DNA of 49,168 nt. Origin: Octopus bimaculoides (Eukaryota). The first letter of the stretch is position 1; every line of letters starts with the position of its first letter. The translations under genes and the position numbers were made by a program. A model generated the notes under the pieces. That model did not search any database and was not told the DNA's origin. It saw nothing but the letters and a program-made list of their open reading frames with translations. The stretch covers positions 36,050,461 through 36,099,628 of the forward strand of contig NC_068986.1 in the NCBI RefSeq assembly GCF_001194135.2, read 5' to 3'. Shown piece after piece: positions 11,542 through 24,302 of this stretch.

Positions 11542-12481
11542 GCAGATTTTGTTGGTGGCACAAGGTCAATGTATCATTGAAGTAATGTTGGGCATTATAT
11601 GAGCTACCGCTTCCTATGTATAATTTTACAGACGCAAGGAAATGCCCACATACTTACACACATGCACACTTCTTATTTTTCTACCTTTCGCAATCTGGAT
11701 ACTTCTAAACAATTTACTTCTTTGCTGTTTATAGGAACGCCTGTTTCGTAGCTGCAACAATTATTGGTTGAAAATAAGTAAATTACAAAATGTAGCAAGA
11801 AAGAAAACCAGGACATTTACTAAAAGGAAAATAAGAGAATATATTCCCGAAAGTGCTAAAACTTCGAGACAGTTCGCTTACAAGTGCTTGGCCAGGCAAT
11901 ATAATATTCTCTTTGAAAGGAAATTGCTTTGTACTTTCAGTAACCTATGTCACAGCGATCGATTACGATTTGATCCAGTAGAAAGTACAATTATTCAGAA
12001 AGACCGACCGATAAATACAGACAAGTAGGTCTAGAAAATTCTGCAGTCTTCTGTTGCCGAATCGGCTTAGCGTATCTTTATATGAATACGGTGCTGGTAC
12101 AAATATTATATGATGGTATATACATGTGTGGCGTGTGCGCATGTGTGTTTGTTTGTTAAAGTGCATAAATAAAGCGATATTAAAATAAAAGTATATGGTG
12201 GTTTTATATGATGGTATATATATATAAGTTTGTGGCGCGTGTATGCCTGTGTGTTGTTAGTGCGTATAACTAAAATGTTGGGACTAAAAGCATATGCTTC
12301 TAGTATGATTGTGCGTCTAGGTGAGCGCCGGGTGATGTTAGTAAACGTATATACTAGTTATTACATATGTTTTAGTGAGTACAATTGAAATGCTGCAGTA
12401 AAATGCCTATTTCAGTTTAATGTGTGTGTACAAAATAAGATATAATGTAATACAAAGGGACATTCTTGTTAAATGTAGTCT

Positions 12482-12998
12482 ATCTCTTTACTCTCTTTTA
12501 GTTGTTTCAGTCTTTTGACTGCGGCCATGCTGGGGCACCGCCTTTAGTCGGGCAAATCGACCCCAGGACTTTGGAAGCCTAGTACTTATTCTATCGATCA
12601 CTTTTGCCGAACCGCTAAGTTACGGGGACGTAAACACACCACCATCGATTGTCAAGCGATGTTGGGAGGACAAACGCAGACACAAANNNNNNNNNNNNNN
12701 NNNNNNNNNNNNNNNNNNNNNNNNNNNNNNNNNNNNNNNNNNNNNNNNNNNNNNNNNNNNNNNNNNNNNNNNNNNNNNNNNNNNNNNNNNNNNNNNNNNN
12801 NNNNNNNNNNNNNNNNNNNNNNNNNNTATATATATATATATATATATATACGACGGGCTTCTTTCAGTTTCCGTCTACCAAATCCACTCACAAGGCTTTG
12901 GTCAACCCGAGGCTATAGTAGAAGACACTTGCCCAAGATGCCACGCAGTGGGACTGAACCCAGAACCATGTGGTTGGGAAGCAAGCTACTCCTACGTC
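12482..12998 (-). mobile_element. Family B SINE (tRNA head, CORE-like segment, internal microsatellite in the gap, 3' tail)
   Basis: Minus strand reads GGAGTAGCTTGCTTCCCAACCACATGGTTCTGGGTTCAGTCCCACTGCGTGGCATCTTGGGCAAGTG..., then the gap, then the conserved tail. About 15 bp of the A-box region is missing relative to the 29619 copy. Confidence 0.9.
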
Positions 12999-13004
12999 TA
13001 TAAA

Positions 13005-13140
13005 TGGTTCCGCTTGAAAAGTACGTTACTAGTACAATTGTCTGTAGAATACTCAATCAGTCACACTACAATGAGCATGCGGTTCAGTTGATTGAACTAC
13101 CAGAATAGGCATCACTGAAACTGATGGATATCCATTTACG
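13005..13140 (+). mobile_element. Old family C-like SINE 3' fragment; its upstream part is at ~12445-12480
   Basis: GAAAAGTACGTTACTAGTACAATTGTCTGTAGAATACTCAATCA aligns to 5038-5082; TGTAATACAAAGGGACATTCTTG (12446) aligns to 4986-5008. Confidence 0.55.
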
Positions 13141-13343
13141 TACTTTACTTAGATATTGAAATAAACTAGTATTTCATATCTGTGAATGTGCTTCAGTATG
13201 CACGTGTGTGTGAGTGTGTGCTTTTGCACGCTTGCGTGAGTGTGTGAGTGTGCGTGCCCATGTGCGCCAGTGTGTGTGAGAAAGAGAGAGAGACAGACAG
13301 AGAAAGAAAGACAGAGAAAGAGAGACAGAGAAAGAGAGACAGA

Positions 13344-13374
<31 letters not shown>

Positions 13375-13900
13375 CTGGAGAGGTAGAGACAGTATAGAAG
13401 CAAGCGTTGATGAACAGAATCGCTTGCTTATTATACAAATAATTGGAATTGCTATAAATATAGTGTGTCGACAGAAAATCGTTTAAATCATCTTTTAAAT
13501 TGTGTAGTATTCTATTTAATCGTTTGAGAAGAGGGAATTGCATAAAAATTTACTTTTGTGTTACTGATTAGCAAAGCGCACATACAGAACATATTTTAAA
13601 TATGCATTACACTAAACGTTTGCTATAGGCATGCGCCCCATGCGGGCGGTATAATTCATTAGCTTTGATTTGTAGAAACCCCTATTATAATGAATAAGAC
13701 AATTTTGATGAACAGCTTCACGGTAGGACTCATTTGTGAAAGCTATGTTGTGAGTACGTAAGAGAGTTACAGTAATCCTCTATTATCAAAATACTTCAAT
13801 AAAAATAATTGGCATTGAATATTTAAACACAGTAACAATACTGTAAAACTAGAAGAAACGATTTTTTGAATAAATCTTATTAGTCATTTTGTCTCATGCG

Positions 13901-13946
<46 letters not shown>

Positions 13947-14013
13947 ATTCTATTTGTCTATCTATCATTCTGTCTGTCTGGCTGTCTATCTATCTATCTA
14001 TCTTTCATATATG

Positions 14014-14196
14014 CGAGGGGGTACTGAAAAGGTTTTGGCTTTAAGGGCCTCGCGAAACGCCTGGTTGGAAGCCCAATCTTCCGAGGCTGCAATATGCATG
14101 TGAATCTGAGAGGGGAATGTGTTAAATCAAATCATAATTAACCGATCCTCCTTTATTTTCTTTTACCCAAAGCCAGAAAGTTTTCAGCATACCTCG
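14014..14196. mobile_element. Mariner-like MITE, 183 bp
   Basis: Imperfect ~28-bp TIRs: CGAGGGGGTACTGAAAAGGTTTTGGCTTT and AAAGCCAGAAAGTTTTCAGCATACCTCG. TG flanks both ends. Confidence 0.75.
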
Positions 14197-16661
14197 TGCA
14201 TGCGAGCGCGTGTGTATGTCACACTCGGAAACTCATAGGAATACATTAAATAAACTATGCTCATTGTTTGGAAATTTTACAGAAACAAAACGTCTACAAA
14301 GCAGCAGTATGACAAGAAGGAAAAATCAAGAGAAATATCGACACCTGTGCTACTAGTGGAACCTTGAATAACAGACACACAAAGCTTAGACTTTTATGAA
14401 TATATACAAAAGACATGCCTAAACGCACCTGGGAGTTCAGGTATGTATACACTGCACGTAAACACAAAGGTTAACTAAAGACAGACTCTGATAAAAAAAT
14501 ACGATTGTATTTTCACCGAAAGTTAAAATAAAACACTGATTACGACTCACGCGTATTCATACGCCGGTACAAAACGCAAATAAAAAAGACACTCTCCAAT
14601 GCAGTAAAGTAGTGAAATGTTTCAGTTAGTTCTAATTCAAGAAGCAACATTAAAATTCTATCCTCGTCAAGAAGGGTTTTTAACCCTATATTTCTGTGCA
14701 AAACAAATTGGAAAACACATTAAGGAAAAGCCACTCAAACATGAAATGCCATTTATAAAATTGTTCGCTAATAAATTCATTTTCTTTCTAACTCTGAACT
14801 AAAAATATATTCTCACCAACCAAACCGTTATACCAGGACATTAATATTTGCAAACACATTATATATATATATATANNNNNNNNNNNNNNNNNNNNNNNNN
14901 NNNNNNNNNNNNNNNNNNNNNNNNNNNNNNNNNNNNNNNNNNNNNNNNNNNNNNNNNNNNNNNNNNNNNNNNNNNNNNNNNNNNNNNNNNNNNNNNNNNN
15001 NNNNNNNNNNNNNNNNNNNNNNNNNNNNNNNNNNNNNNNNNNNNNNNNNNNNNNNNNNNNNNNNNNNNNNNNNNNNNNNNNNNNNNNNNNNNNNNNNNNN
15101 NNNNNNNNNNNNNNNNNNNNNNNNNNNNNNNNNNNNNNNNNNNNNNNNNNNNNNNNNNNNNNNNNNNNNNNNNNNNNNNNNNNNNNNNNNNNNNNNNNNN
15201 NNNNNNNNNNNNNNNNNNNNNNNNNNNNNNNNNNNNNNNNNNNNNNNNNNNNNNNNNNNNNNNNNNNNNNNNNNNNNNNNNNNNNNNNGTGCGTGTGTGT
15301 AAAAACAAGACTAAAATGCATGCAATACATTGATTAAGTCGAAACTTTCTTCAGACATTATTCTAGGTTTCATTCGTCGTCTTTTTTTGTTGTTCTTTCC
15401 GCTCCAAGAGACGAGTAAACAAAACAGCGTTTCATTTCAGTTTCATACTATATTAAAGAATGTAACTGTAGATTCTAACCTATACATTATTTAATAGTCG
15501 TGAACATTTTGTATTTTCGTACAATATCTTCGGGGACAGAAAAACTGTTTTCACTTTCATCATAAACTATGTAGGCCTTTTAACTGTTTGCAAAAACGTC
15601 AGCTCATGAACTTCCATCTATAAATTACCCGCCCATATTGTGTTAGGACATATACTATTTGGCTATATTGATTTTAAACAAAACTACAGAAAGTTGAACT
15701 TAAATATGCGTTTTTAGGTTATATATAATAAGACGAATATTTGTTATCAAGTTAAGCAATTTTCGAAATGTGTCGATTTCGGTAAGCTATTTCGAACAAC
15801 TACCGATTAATCTTAGGCGTAGTAAAACTCATTCATTTTATCCACTGACTGACAAAAGCCAAGGCAAGCTATGAACTGAAGTGGCCGCAACATCAGCTCC
15901 CCTTCATTTTCTTCATTATAAAACGCATTGAATAGATCAAAATATTTGATCTATGAATCTTCGAAACAAATGAACGACCTGAATTTTCCTGAAAACTCTC
16001 TGATGGACAAAGATTTTTCCGACATCACCATGTATTTCATTATTATTATTATTAATTGTTTTTTTTTTTACTTTACCCAAATGTACTATATTTACTCCCG
16101 ACTAGAGTTGGATCACCTTCGTCAGCTGCTCAAAGGAAAAATTTACCAATATGTGTGTATTCAAATCTGTATTCACTATAACAGAGTATTTATAGAGCAG
16201 AATCTATGAGACAGAGACGTTAATAGTATTAATGACAAATTCATCACATGCCGGTGTGTATAAGTTCTGTACGGTATTGAGAAACCATATCGTGATGTTA
16301 ACTATGGAATATTTTAGACGCGAATCAAAAGAAAGTTTAAGTCAGGCTTCTCTTCACATGATGAACCGTATTTAATAATTATTCGAACTTCAAATATTGT
16401 CACTCAACAATATCAAGTAGTTTGTTGATATCAGAAATGAGGTGATAAGAAAGAAATTGTAAAAAGTGGTAAGGAATTGATGAAGTATGAAAGAAACTTA
16501 ATAAAGAGGAGAAAACATGAGTTTTATACAATAATCACTCAAAATCAAAGTAACATTTGGAATATTAACTAACTCGCATAATCAATAACACTAAAAACAC
16601 CAATCTCTTAATCATCGATATACATGTCATGTGAGATGATTATTGTTGTTACTGTTTTTAT

Positions 16662-17445
16662 GATAGAGCTGAAAGAATCGTTATCACGCCTGGCAAAACG
16701 CTTACAAGCATTTGTCCGTCTCAATATTGTGAGTTCAAACTTCGTCGAGGTTGACTTTGTCTGTTATCGTTTTGGGGTCGACGACATACGTACTAGTTGA
16801 ACACTGGGGTCGATGTAATCGACTAACCCTTTCCCTTCAAGTTTCAGACTTCTGGTCTGTAGCAGAGAGGTAGAATCATTGGCACGTTGGATATCGAACT
16901 TACAGCTATTTCTTCCAGTTCTTTATATTCTGAGTTCATATTCCACTTTGCATTTCATCCCTCAGAGGTCAATAAAATAAGTAACAGCCACGGAGAGGGG
17001 TCGATGTAATCGACTTACACTCTCTCTTACACCCTAAAATTGCTAGCTTAGAAACCACTATTAAAGGCAGCGTGATGGCAGAATCGTTAGCGCGTCGAAC
17101 AAAGAACTTAGCACTATTACTGCCTAATTACTACATTCTAAATCCAAATACCACTAAAGGCGAATTTGCTTCTCATCCTTTCAGTGTCGATAAAATACAA
17201 TATTAGTCAAGAACTGGGGTCCATCCTCCCCAAATTCTTGGCCTTGTGCCCATAGAAATGGGAAAATACAAAATTTTATTTGTATACTGTATCAGTTTTG
17301 CTTTGCAGTGGTGTTTGTTTTCGCTTTCTTCTTTCCGGTGGTATTTCATTGTTTTCATTAATATGAATGTATTGTATGGTAGAATCGGTAGGACGCTAAA
17401 CAAAGCACGCTGCGGTACACTTTCCTCGGGATCGATAAAAGAAAG
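16662..17445 (+). mobile_element. Tandem chain of four decayed family A SINEs (starts ~16662, 16861, 17063, 17377)
   Basis: Repeated heads (TGGCAGAATCGTTAGC-like), B-boxes and CTGGGGTCGATGTAATCGACT segments, all in the same orientation. Confidence 0.75.
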
Positions 17446-18772
17446 CTCTAACGAAACACTGAAATCAACCCTATCGATTATACCTCCCTACATTCTTTTG
17501 TAACATTGGTCCAATGTTAAAAGGATCTTCCCTATCTTTTCCTCCTCATCAACATCATTATCATTCCTGTTCGTTGATTACTGCCACAAAACGATAATCA
17601 AGATCTGTGGTTAGAGGCATTTCAGTTGTGACTATCCCGTATTATTCTTTATTTTCCCAGATAGTATCATCAGAACTACAACCTGCTTTTCTTCTTAGTC
17701 AGTTACTAAAACTGTATCACATGTTTTAAGAAAAATATGTGAGCGATCTCTAATACAATAGCAGACCGCATAGAAGTTATCTCGGTTTCATTTACAATGA
17801 AATTGAAAGGTCACAATGGTCATGAAGCTTGAGCTCATGTTTTACGAGATTCTGTCATAACATCGTCGTTCCAGGTACATACGTGGTACATGACAATCTA
17901 GCCTTATTTATGAATCAACGAAATAGATATGTTTCTTTCGGTTAATCTTCGATATTCACGTTTCCCATAATCTCCCGTGTTTTCTAATGTTTTTTTTTTT
18001 TTATTACCAAATTTATATATTTCAGTTCAGTAAGTCACGGAATTTGGCTTGATTTCAATGTCGGTTTAATTCAAGTGGAGCTCTATTTATACCATAAACC
18101 TGCAATATGCTTCTTTATTCACATTTTCTACGTTAAATGCAAGTCATTTTGTTGATACTCTTATTGTTGCTGCTGTTATTATTGATTGATCCTCACGTTA
18201 GGACTTTATACGCTAGGCAATCAAGCAATGACTATGTCATATATTTTTACATGTATAGCGTAACATGTCTCACATAACAATGTTTTTCCTTTTTCCTTCG
18301 ATTAGGATGGTAGAGCGTAATTTACAGGAGTTGAGGCTTCTTTTTCAAGAAGGTCAAGTAATCACGTTGAGATTGCAGGATTTCTTCTTTTCAATAGAAT
18401 TGAAATGTATGGAAATACACAGCATAGAAGTGGCAACGTTTAATAGACTGCACCGGTAGCAGCGCTTCAATTTTTCTGTACACACAAACATATTGATCAG
18501 ATCCACTTAATTATTTGGTATGGTGCCATACTAAAACATTATTTAGTTTCGTGACCCTATTCTCTGAATTTAATCGTCAACTGAATCGAATGTTGTTTTC
18601 TGGAGGTTTCACTTGATAAACTTATATATACCAGTGATATACTGCAGTAAACTAAACAGTAGTTTCCTTGTAGAGAACCAAAAATATTTAATAAGAGGGG
18701 AATTACCATTTTATGTAATTAAACTAACACAAAAACAGGAAATACTAGAAACGTTTATTATTTACGGCGTCG

Positions 18773-19340
18773 AAGGCGGTGAGCTGGTGGAATCGTTACT
18801 GCGCCGGACAAAATGATTAGCAGCATTTCCTCCGGATCTTTACGGTTTGAATTCTAAGCCACCGAGGTTGACTTTGCCTTTCAGGATCGATAGAATATGT
18901 ACCAGTTGAGCTCGGGGTTCAACATAATAGACTATTCTCCCTTCTCAAAATGTCAGGCCTTGTGCCCTTAATAGAAACGATTATTTAGGGGGCTGGGTTG
19001 GCAAAATAGAGCGTGAGAAAAATGTTTTGTTATATTTCTTCCTATTCATTACTACGTTCTGGGTTCAAATCTTGTCGAGGACAAATAAACTATCATTTAG
19101 GTGCTGGTGTCGATGGTATCGACTAACCTTAACTCGCGAAACTGCAGACCTTGTACCTAAATTAGAAACCATTATTTTGCTACGGATCCAAAGCGGCGAG
19201 CTGGCAGAATCGCTAGCACGCCGGGCGAAATGCTTAGCGGTATTTCGTCTGCCGTTGCATTCTGAGATCAAATTCTGCCGAGGTCGACTTTGCCTTCCAT
19301 CCTTTCGGGGTCGATAAATTAAGTATCAGTTGTATCACTT
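18773..19340 (+). mobile_element. Tandem chain of three family A SINEs (18773, 18986, 19190); the last is the least decayed and is 3'-truncated
   Basis: The 19190 copy reads GCGGCGAGCTGGCAGAATCGCTAGCACGCCGGGCGAAATGCTTAGCGG...CCGAGGTCGACTTTGCCTTCCATCCTTTCGGGGTCGATAAATTAAGTATCAGTT. Confidence 0.85.
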
Positions 19341-19359
19341 CAGCAATAAAACTACACAC

Positions 19360-19514
19360 GTGCTGTTGAAGTTTTCTTATCCTTCTTTGGACTTTTCTCT
19401 TTCTCCTTTCCGACGAAGAGCTATGCACTAAACGTCAAAAACAACTCTCTCTTCTTACCGAGCGTCTTGTTCTCTATTAATTCTAATATTCGTTTATTTG
19501 AATGGACTATATAT
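19360..19514 (+). mobile_element. Penelope-like terminal-repeat remnant with a hammerhead-like motif
   Basis: TTGGACTTTTCT...CTTT-CCGACGA-A-GAGC-TAT-GCAC-TAAA-CGTC-AAA...CCGAGCGTC, homologous to the 28361 and 48921 copies. Confidence 0.55.
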
Positions 19515-22500
19515 NNNNNNNNNNNNNNNNNNNNNNNNNNNNNNNNNNNNNNNNNNNNNNNNNNNNNNNNNNNNNNNNNNNNNNNNNNNNNNNNNNNNNN
19601 NNNNNNNNNNNNNNNNNNNNNNNNNNNNNNNNNNNNNNNNNNNNNNNNNNNNNNNNNNNNNNNNNNNNNNNNNNNNNNNNNNNNNNNNNNNNNNNNNNNN
19701 NNNNNNNNNNNNNNNNNNNNNNNNNNNNNNNNNNNNNNNNNNNNNNNNNNNNNNNNNNNNNNNNNNNNNNNNNNNNNNNNNNNNNNNNNNNNNNNNNNNN
19801 NNNNNNNNNNNNNNNNNNNNNNNNNNNNNNNNNNNNNNNNNNNNNNNNNNNNNNNNNNNNNNNNNNNNNNNNNNNNNNNNNNNNNNNNNNNNNNNNNNNN
19901 NNNNNNNNNNNNNNNNNNNNNNNNNNNNNNNNNNNNNNNNNNNNNNNNNNNNNNNNNNNNNNNNNNNNNNNNNNNNNNNNNNNNNNNNNNNNNNNNNNNN
20001 NNNNNNNNNNNNNNNNNNNNNNNNNNNNNNNNNNNNNNNNNNNNNNNNNNNNNNNNNNNNNNNNNNNNNNNNNNNNNNNNNNNNNNNNNNNNNNNNNNNN
20101 NNNNNNNNNNNNNNNNNNNNNNNNNNNNNNNNNNNNNNNNNNNNNNNNNNNNNNNNNNNNNNNNNNNNNNNNNNNNNNNNNNNNNNNNNNNNNNNNNNNN
20201 NNNNNNNNNNNNNNNNNNNNNNNNNNNNNNNNNNNNNNNNNNNNNNNNNTAGATAAATTTTACAAACTCCTTTGTATAATTAGAAAAGTGAGTGCAGAGA
20301 AGTAGTTGCGATTTCAATTAATGGGATTCTAGAAAGCAAAATAGAAGATAATATACATAATGAATAAAAAACACGAAGAAAAGAAAGATAGCATTCATCT
20401 GTTAATTAAATTTCTATCTACTTTGTTGATAACACTTTTGTTTAACGCACTTCCATATACAAAACCAGCCGCATACACACATATTCATACACAGTTACAC
20501 AGCTACATCCTATGATTACATATAGCTGATGCTGCTATAGAGCGCTTACGAAAAAAAAAAACAAAAAAAAACACATTAACGAAAACAAAAGACGTAGGTA
20601 TCCCTGAAGCAATCTTTACACTTTCAAGTCGATAATTATGGTGATTCAACATTTAGTGTTTATTCCATTTTCTTTACACTTTTTCTTTTTTCTTTTTTCA
20701 AATTTTTGTCTGAACACTATAATTGAATGGATGGCAAGACTAGATGCTGTTACCAATATCGCTATTGATAACAATTATTATCGATGTAAAGAATCGAACA
20801 TGAAACCTTGATAAACAAAAGCGAAAAAGAAAATAATAATTATCACAATATTTTAGCTTTGAGAGATTTTAATTGTCAGGTTCATATGCATCCTACGGGG
20901 TATTAGCAACTTTAGACAAAAGTAAAGTTGATCCAGTAAGTTGCTGAAACTGGCCATACTGCCTCGTTTATTGCGGCCATTAATCTACAGGTTTAGCACT
21001 CTAAAATAAACGCCAGCGCCACCCTAGCAAGCGAACAAGAACGTCATAAACGATTATTATTACTCCCACTATACTCTTGAAAACCACATATACATAATGG
21101 TTCCTACACCAACAAGAACAACAATGTCATCAAGAATTACCATCGCCATTATTATCATCATCAGTATCACCATCTCTGTATAGTGGTTCCCACATCTACA
21201 GGAACAACAGTATCAACCTCAATAACCCATGTGCTAGATGGCACCTGCTAGAAAGAGAAGCTAATTTTTCCTAAATTTCAGCTTAGTGTGTCAAGATAGG
21301 ATGAATATTTTGAATAATACCTCCTCGAACACAGCAGACAACTGCTTCTGACATCACAGCCTGTTGTTTTAAAACTGGAAGAATACGTAAGATACTGGAA
21401 ACTTGGGTAAGCCTATGACGATATTGACGGTGCTGTGCTCACCATTGAAATGCTTTTCTGGTTTGATCTAAGTCTTAAAGCACTTTATCAACAGCATCTC
21501 TTGTAGCAACAAAAACAGCAACATAATCGCGAAAGACAACAACATCCCTAATATCATTATCAACGCTCCCACCACAGCCAAAACACCACTACTTATTAGA
21601 AGGCTATCACCGTCAACATGACCAATAACAATACCACACCCAACAAGAAGAAAACCAAAATCAACAGAACCACCACGAGCTAACCAACAATAGCATCTCC
21701 CCAAACAACAACATCAACACCGCAACCAGCCAAGTGTCCTATTATATTTAGCAGTTAAATCTCATTGAAAGAATATACTGCTTTAAAAAGTACATATTGC
21801 ACGATGTTGTCTAATTATCCAGTACACAAGAAAAGATCTTTGACCACAAATGCTTTTGAACTAAACCCTAACTACAACCATTGTTTTAGAATAAACTGAA
21901 AGCGTGGATAAGTGAATAGTAAATCAGATCACCAAGCTTTATATACACGCCCATATTCTATAATTCCGTAAACTGTGTTCAACAAGAATTTATCCACTCA
22001 CCCACCCACTACGTTTTACGTATACTTAAGCACTAGTGCACATTTCCACAACACACACACATGCTGCACATACGCAAATGAAGTCACACTTATGTTTCTG
22101 AGCTATTCCGATTATACAAATTCACAAATATAAATCGAAGCTATAGAAGTTAGTACTGAAACTAGTAACGTATTTTCTTTCACCTGCTACAGGAAATAAA
22201 TGCAACTGGACGCAGAGTACGAATTAACAACACTACAGAATTCGGCCGTACATTTAGGTGACTTAGTAATGTATGGAAACTCAAGCAGATTTAAAGAACT
22301 CCAGAGTATTGTATTTAGACAACCCAAACTATGATACTAGTAGATAAACACTATATACATCCATTATATATTATTCCAGGCCTGTTGTGTCCTAGTTTCG
22401 TCTACACTAAATAGCAAGTAACAACACATTTTGCATCGTCGCAAGTTGTATGTAAATTATACCTATTGGCTACCTCTAAACAAAAGTACTCAAATAATGG

Positions 22501-22622
22501 AAGAACGCCAGAAAATGCCAAGAAGAATAATGTAGTCTTAGATGAACCTTGGAAGAAAAGATCCCTAATTTGCTAGGCATAATTGATAGAGCTGCCATGG
22601 AATTCAAAAACACCAATAGCAT

Positions 22623-22669
<47 letters not shown>

Positions 22670-22680
22670 AGAAGTCAACG

Positions 22681-22913
22681 AGGTGGCGACCCTGGTAGAA
22701 ACGGTAGCACGCCGGGCGAAATGCTTAGCGGTATTTCGTCTGTCTATACGTTCTGAGTTCAAATTCCGCCGAGGTCGACTTTGTCTTTCATCCTTTCGGG
22801 GTCGATTAAATAAGTACCAGTTACGCACTGGAGATCAATATAATTGACTTAGTCCATTTGTCTGTCCTTGTTTGTCCACACTGTGTGTAGCTCCTTGTGA
22901 GCAATAAAGAAAT
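22681..22913 (+). mobile_element. Full-length family A (Nin-type) SINE variant with TSD
   Basis: AAGAAGTCAACGAGG at both 22669-22683 and 22914-22928; intact B-box and Nin-like segment; adjacent to (CAG)n at 22627-22668. Confidence 0.9.
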
Positions 22914-23202
22914 AAGAAGTCAACGAGGGAATCCTCAATGTTGAATTGCAGCGAGTTCGAATTACACGCTACCGTTTTAAATAAGGAAATAATACACTGA
23001 CTAATGTAGTTTTTGATACACTTAAAAAAAGACTGAATTTCTGACCTTACATTACCGAAACCCAAAACATTAAAATCAATCCAAAAACTCAAAAGAAGAG
23101 CGGACGTTTTATCGCAACATATCTTTTCATACATTTTTGACGTTTTAGTAGCGGTTGTCTTTCTAGAAATAGAAAATATCGAATACAGCAAATAACTCAC
23201 AT

Positions 23203-23282
23203 ATTTGCTGAACTCAGCTCATTTGCTGAACTCAGCTCATTTGCTGAACTCAGCTCATTTGCTGAACTCAGCTCATTTGCTG
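23203..23282. repeat. Perfect 18-bp minisatellite (ATTTGCTGAACTCAGCTC) x4.4
   Basis: Units start at 23203, 23221, 23239 and 23257, with a partial unit at 23275. Confidence 0.95.
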
Positions 23283-24230
23283 GCAGACAGTATACATCAT
23301 ATACTCACTCAATTGAAGGTATCCAGCGATATAGTCAACTCACGTATTGAGTCAACAAAAAAAGAATATTGTTTATATGTTATTTGAAAGCTGAAGGGTT
23401 TGCTGTCATGCCAAGTCGACTCGTTGCGTAGTTTGCGTATTACAACTTTTCTTCTGTATGTCATTTATTTTCAAAGCTAAAGCAGTTCGCCTTAAGCGTC
23501 TTTCCCAATTCCAAAATAACGCTATTTTGAAGTTTCATTTTTCTCTATTATATAAGCTATTTCAGCATTTCGTTCCCTGTAGTGACATTGAGAAGGAAGT
23601 CTTGCTCAAAGTATTTCACAACAGATTTGTAACGAAGAAAAAAAAATGAATAAAAAGAAATCCAAAGTGCAAAAGATTAAGAGTTTTATTTCTGTTTTCT
23701 TCTAATTTATTTTAAACAGACTAATGAAAAGAAAGACGATCTGATTGTCGACAAATCCCAATAGAAAAGCAATAGAAAAGGAAATAAATTTGAATTTTCC
23801 ATAACAATACGTAGTATTACTGATGGTTATGGAGATTTAGCGTCCTGCAATTTTTACTTGGTGTATCTGTCTTAATCTCACTTCTAGCTCGACAAATATA
23901 CAATGCGCACATAAATATTAATGCCAGCAGTAACACATATGTCATTTTTATTCAGTCTAGCAGGATTTTAAATAACAAAGTTCAATCTTATATTATTATT
24001 AATGATTACGTTATTAATAATGAATACAAAGACATATACTCGTACACACGCACACACAAACACACACACACAGGTACACACACACACATGTACATCTTAG
24101 TTCTTCATACACCTACGGAGTTACAACATCAACGTTGTATATTTGATGTTTCGGTTCTAACAATATACGCAGGAGCATAACCGAGAGAAGCGTGATATGG
24201 GTTAATACGAACTTACTCGCAGGCACATAA

Positions 24231-24302
<72 letters not shown>

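Noticed and set aside
11768-12028. 86-aa basic ORF
   Set aside because: Non-ATG start, no recognisable motif, no supporting splice sites.
17595-17645. Short shared motifs (AGACCTATGATC...CCAG.CATGACCATCCC; CTGCTAGAAATAGCAGCC-like) also near 21240, 33830, 37980, 40060 and 40390
   Set aside because: Probably scraps of further old repeat families, but boundaries cannot be defined by eye.
23203-23282. CRISPR-like appearance of the palindromic 18-bp repeats
   Set aside because: The repeats are directly adjacent with no spacers, the context is eukaryotic, and there are no cas genes.
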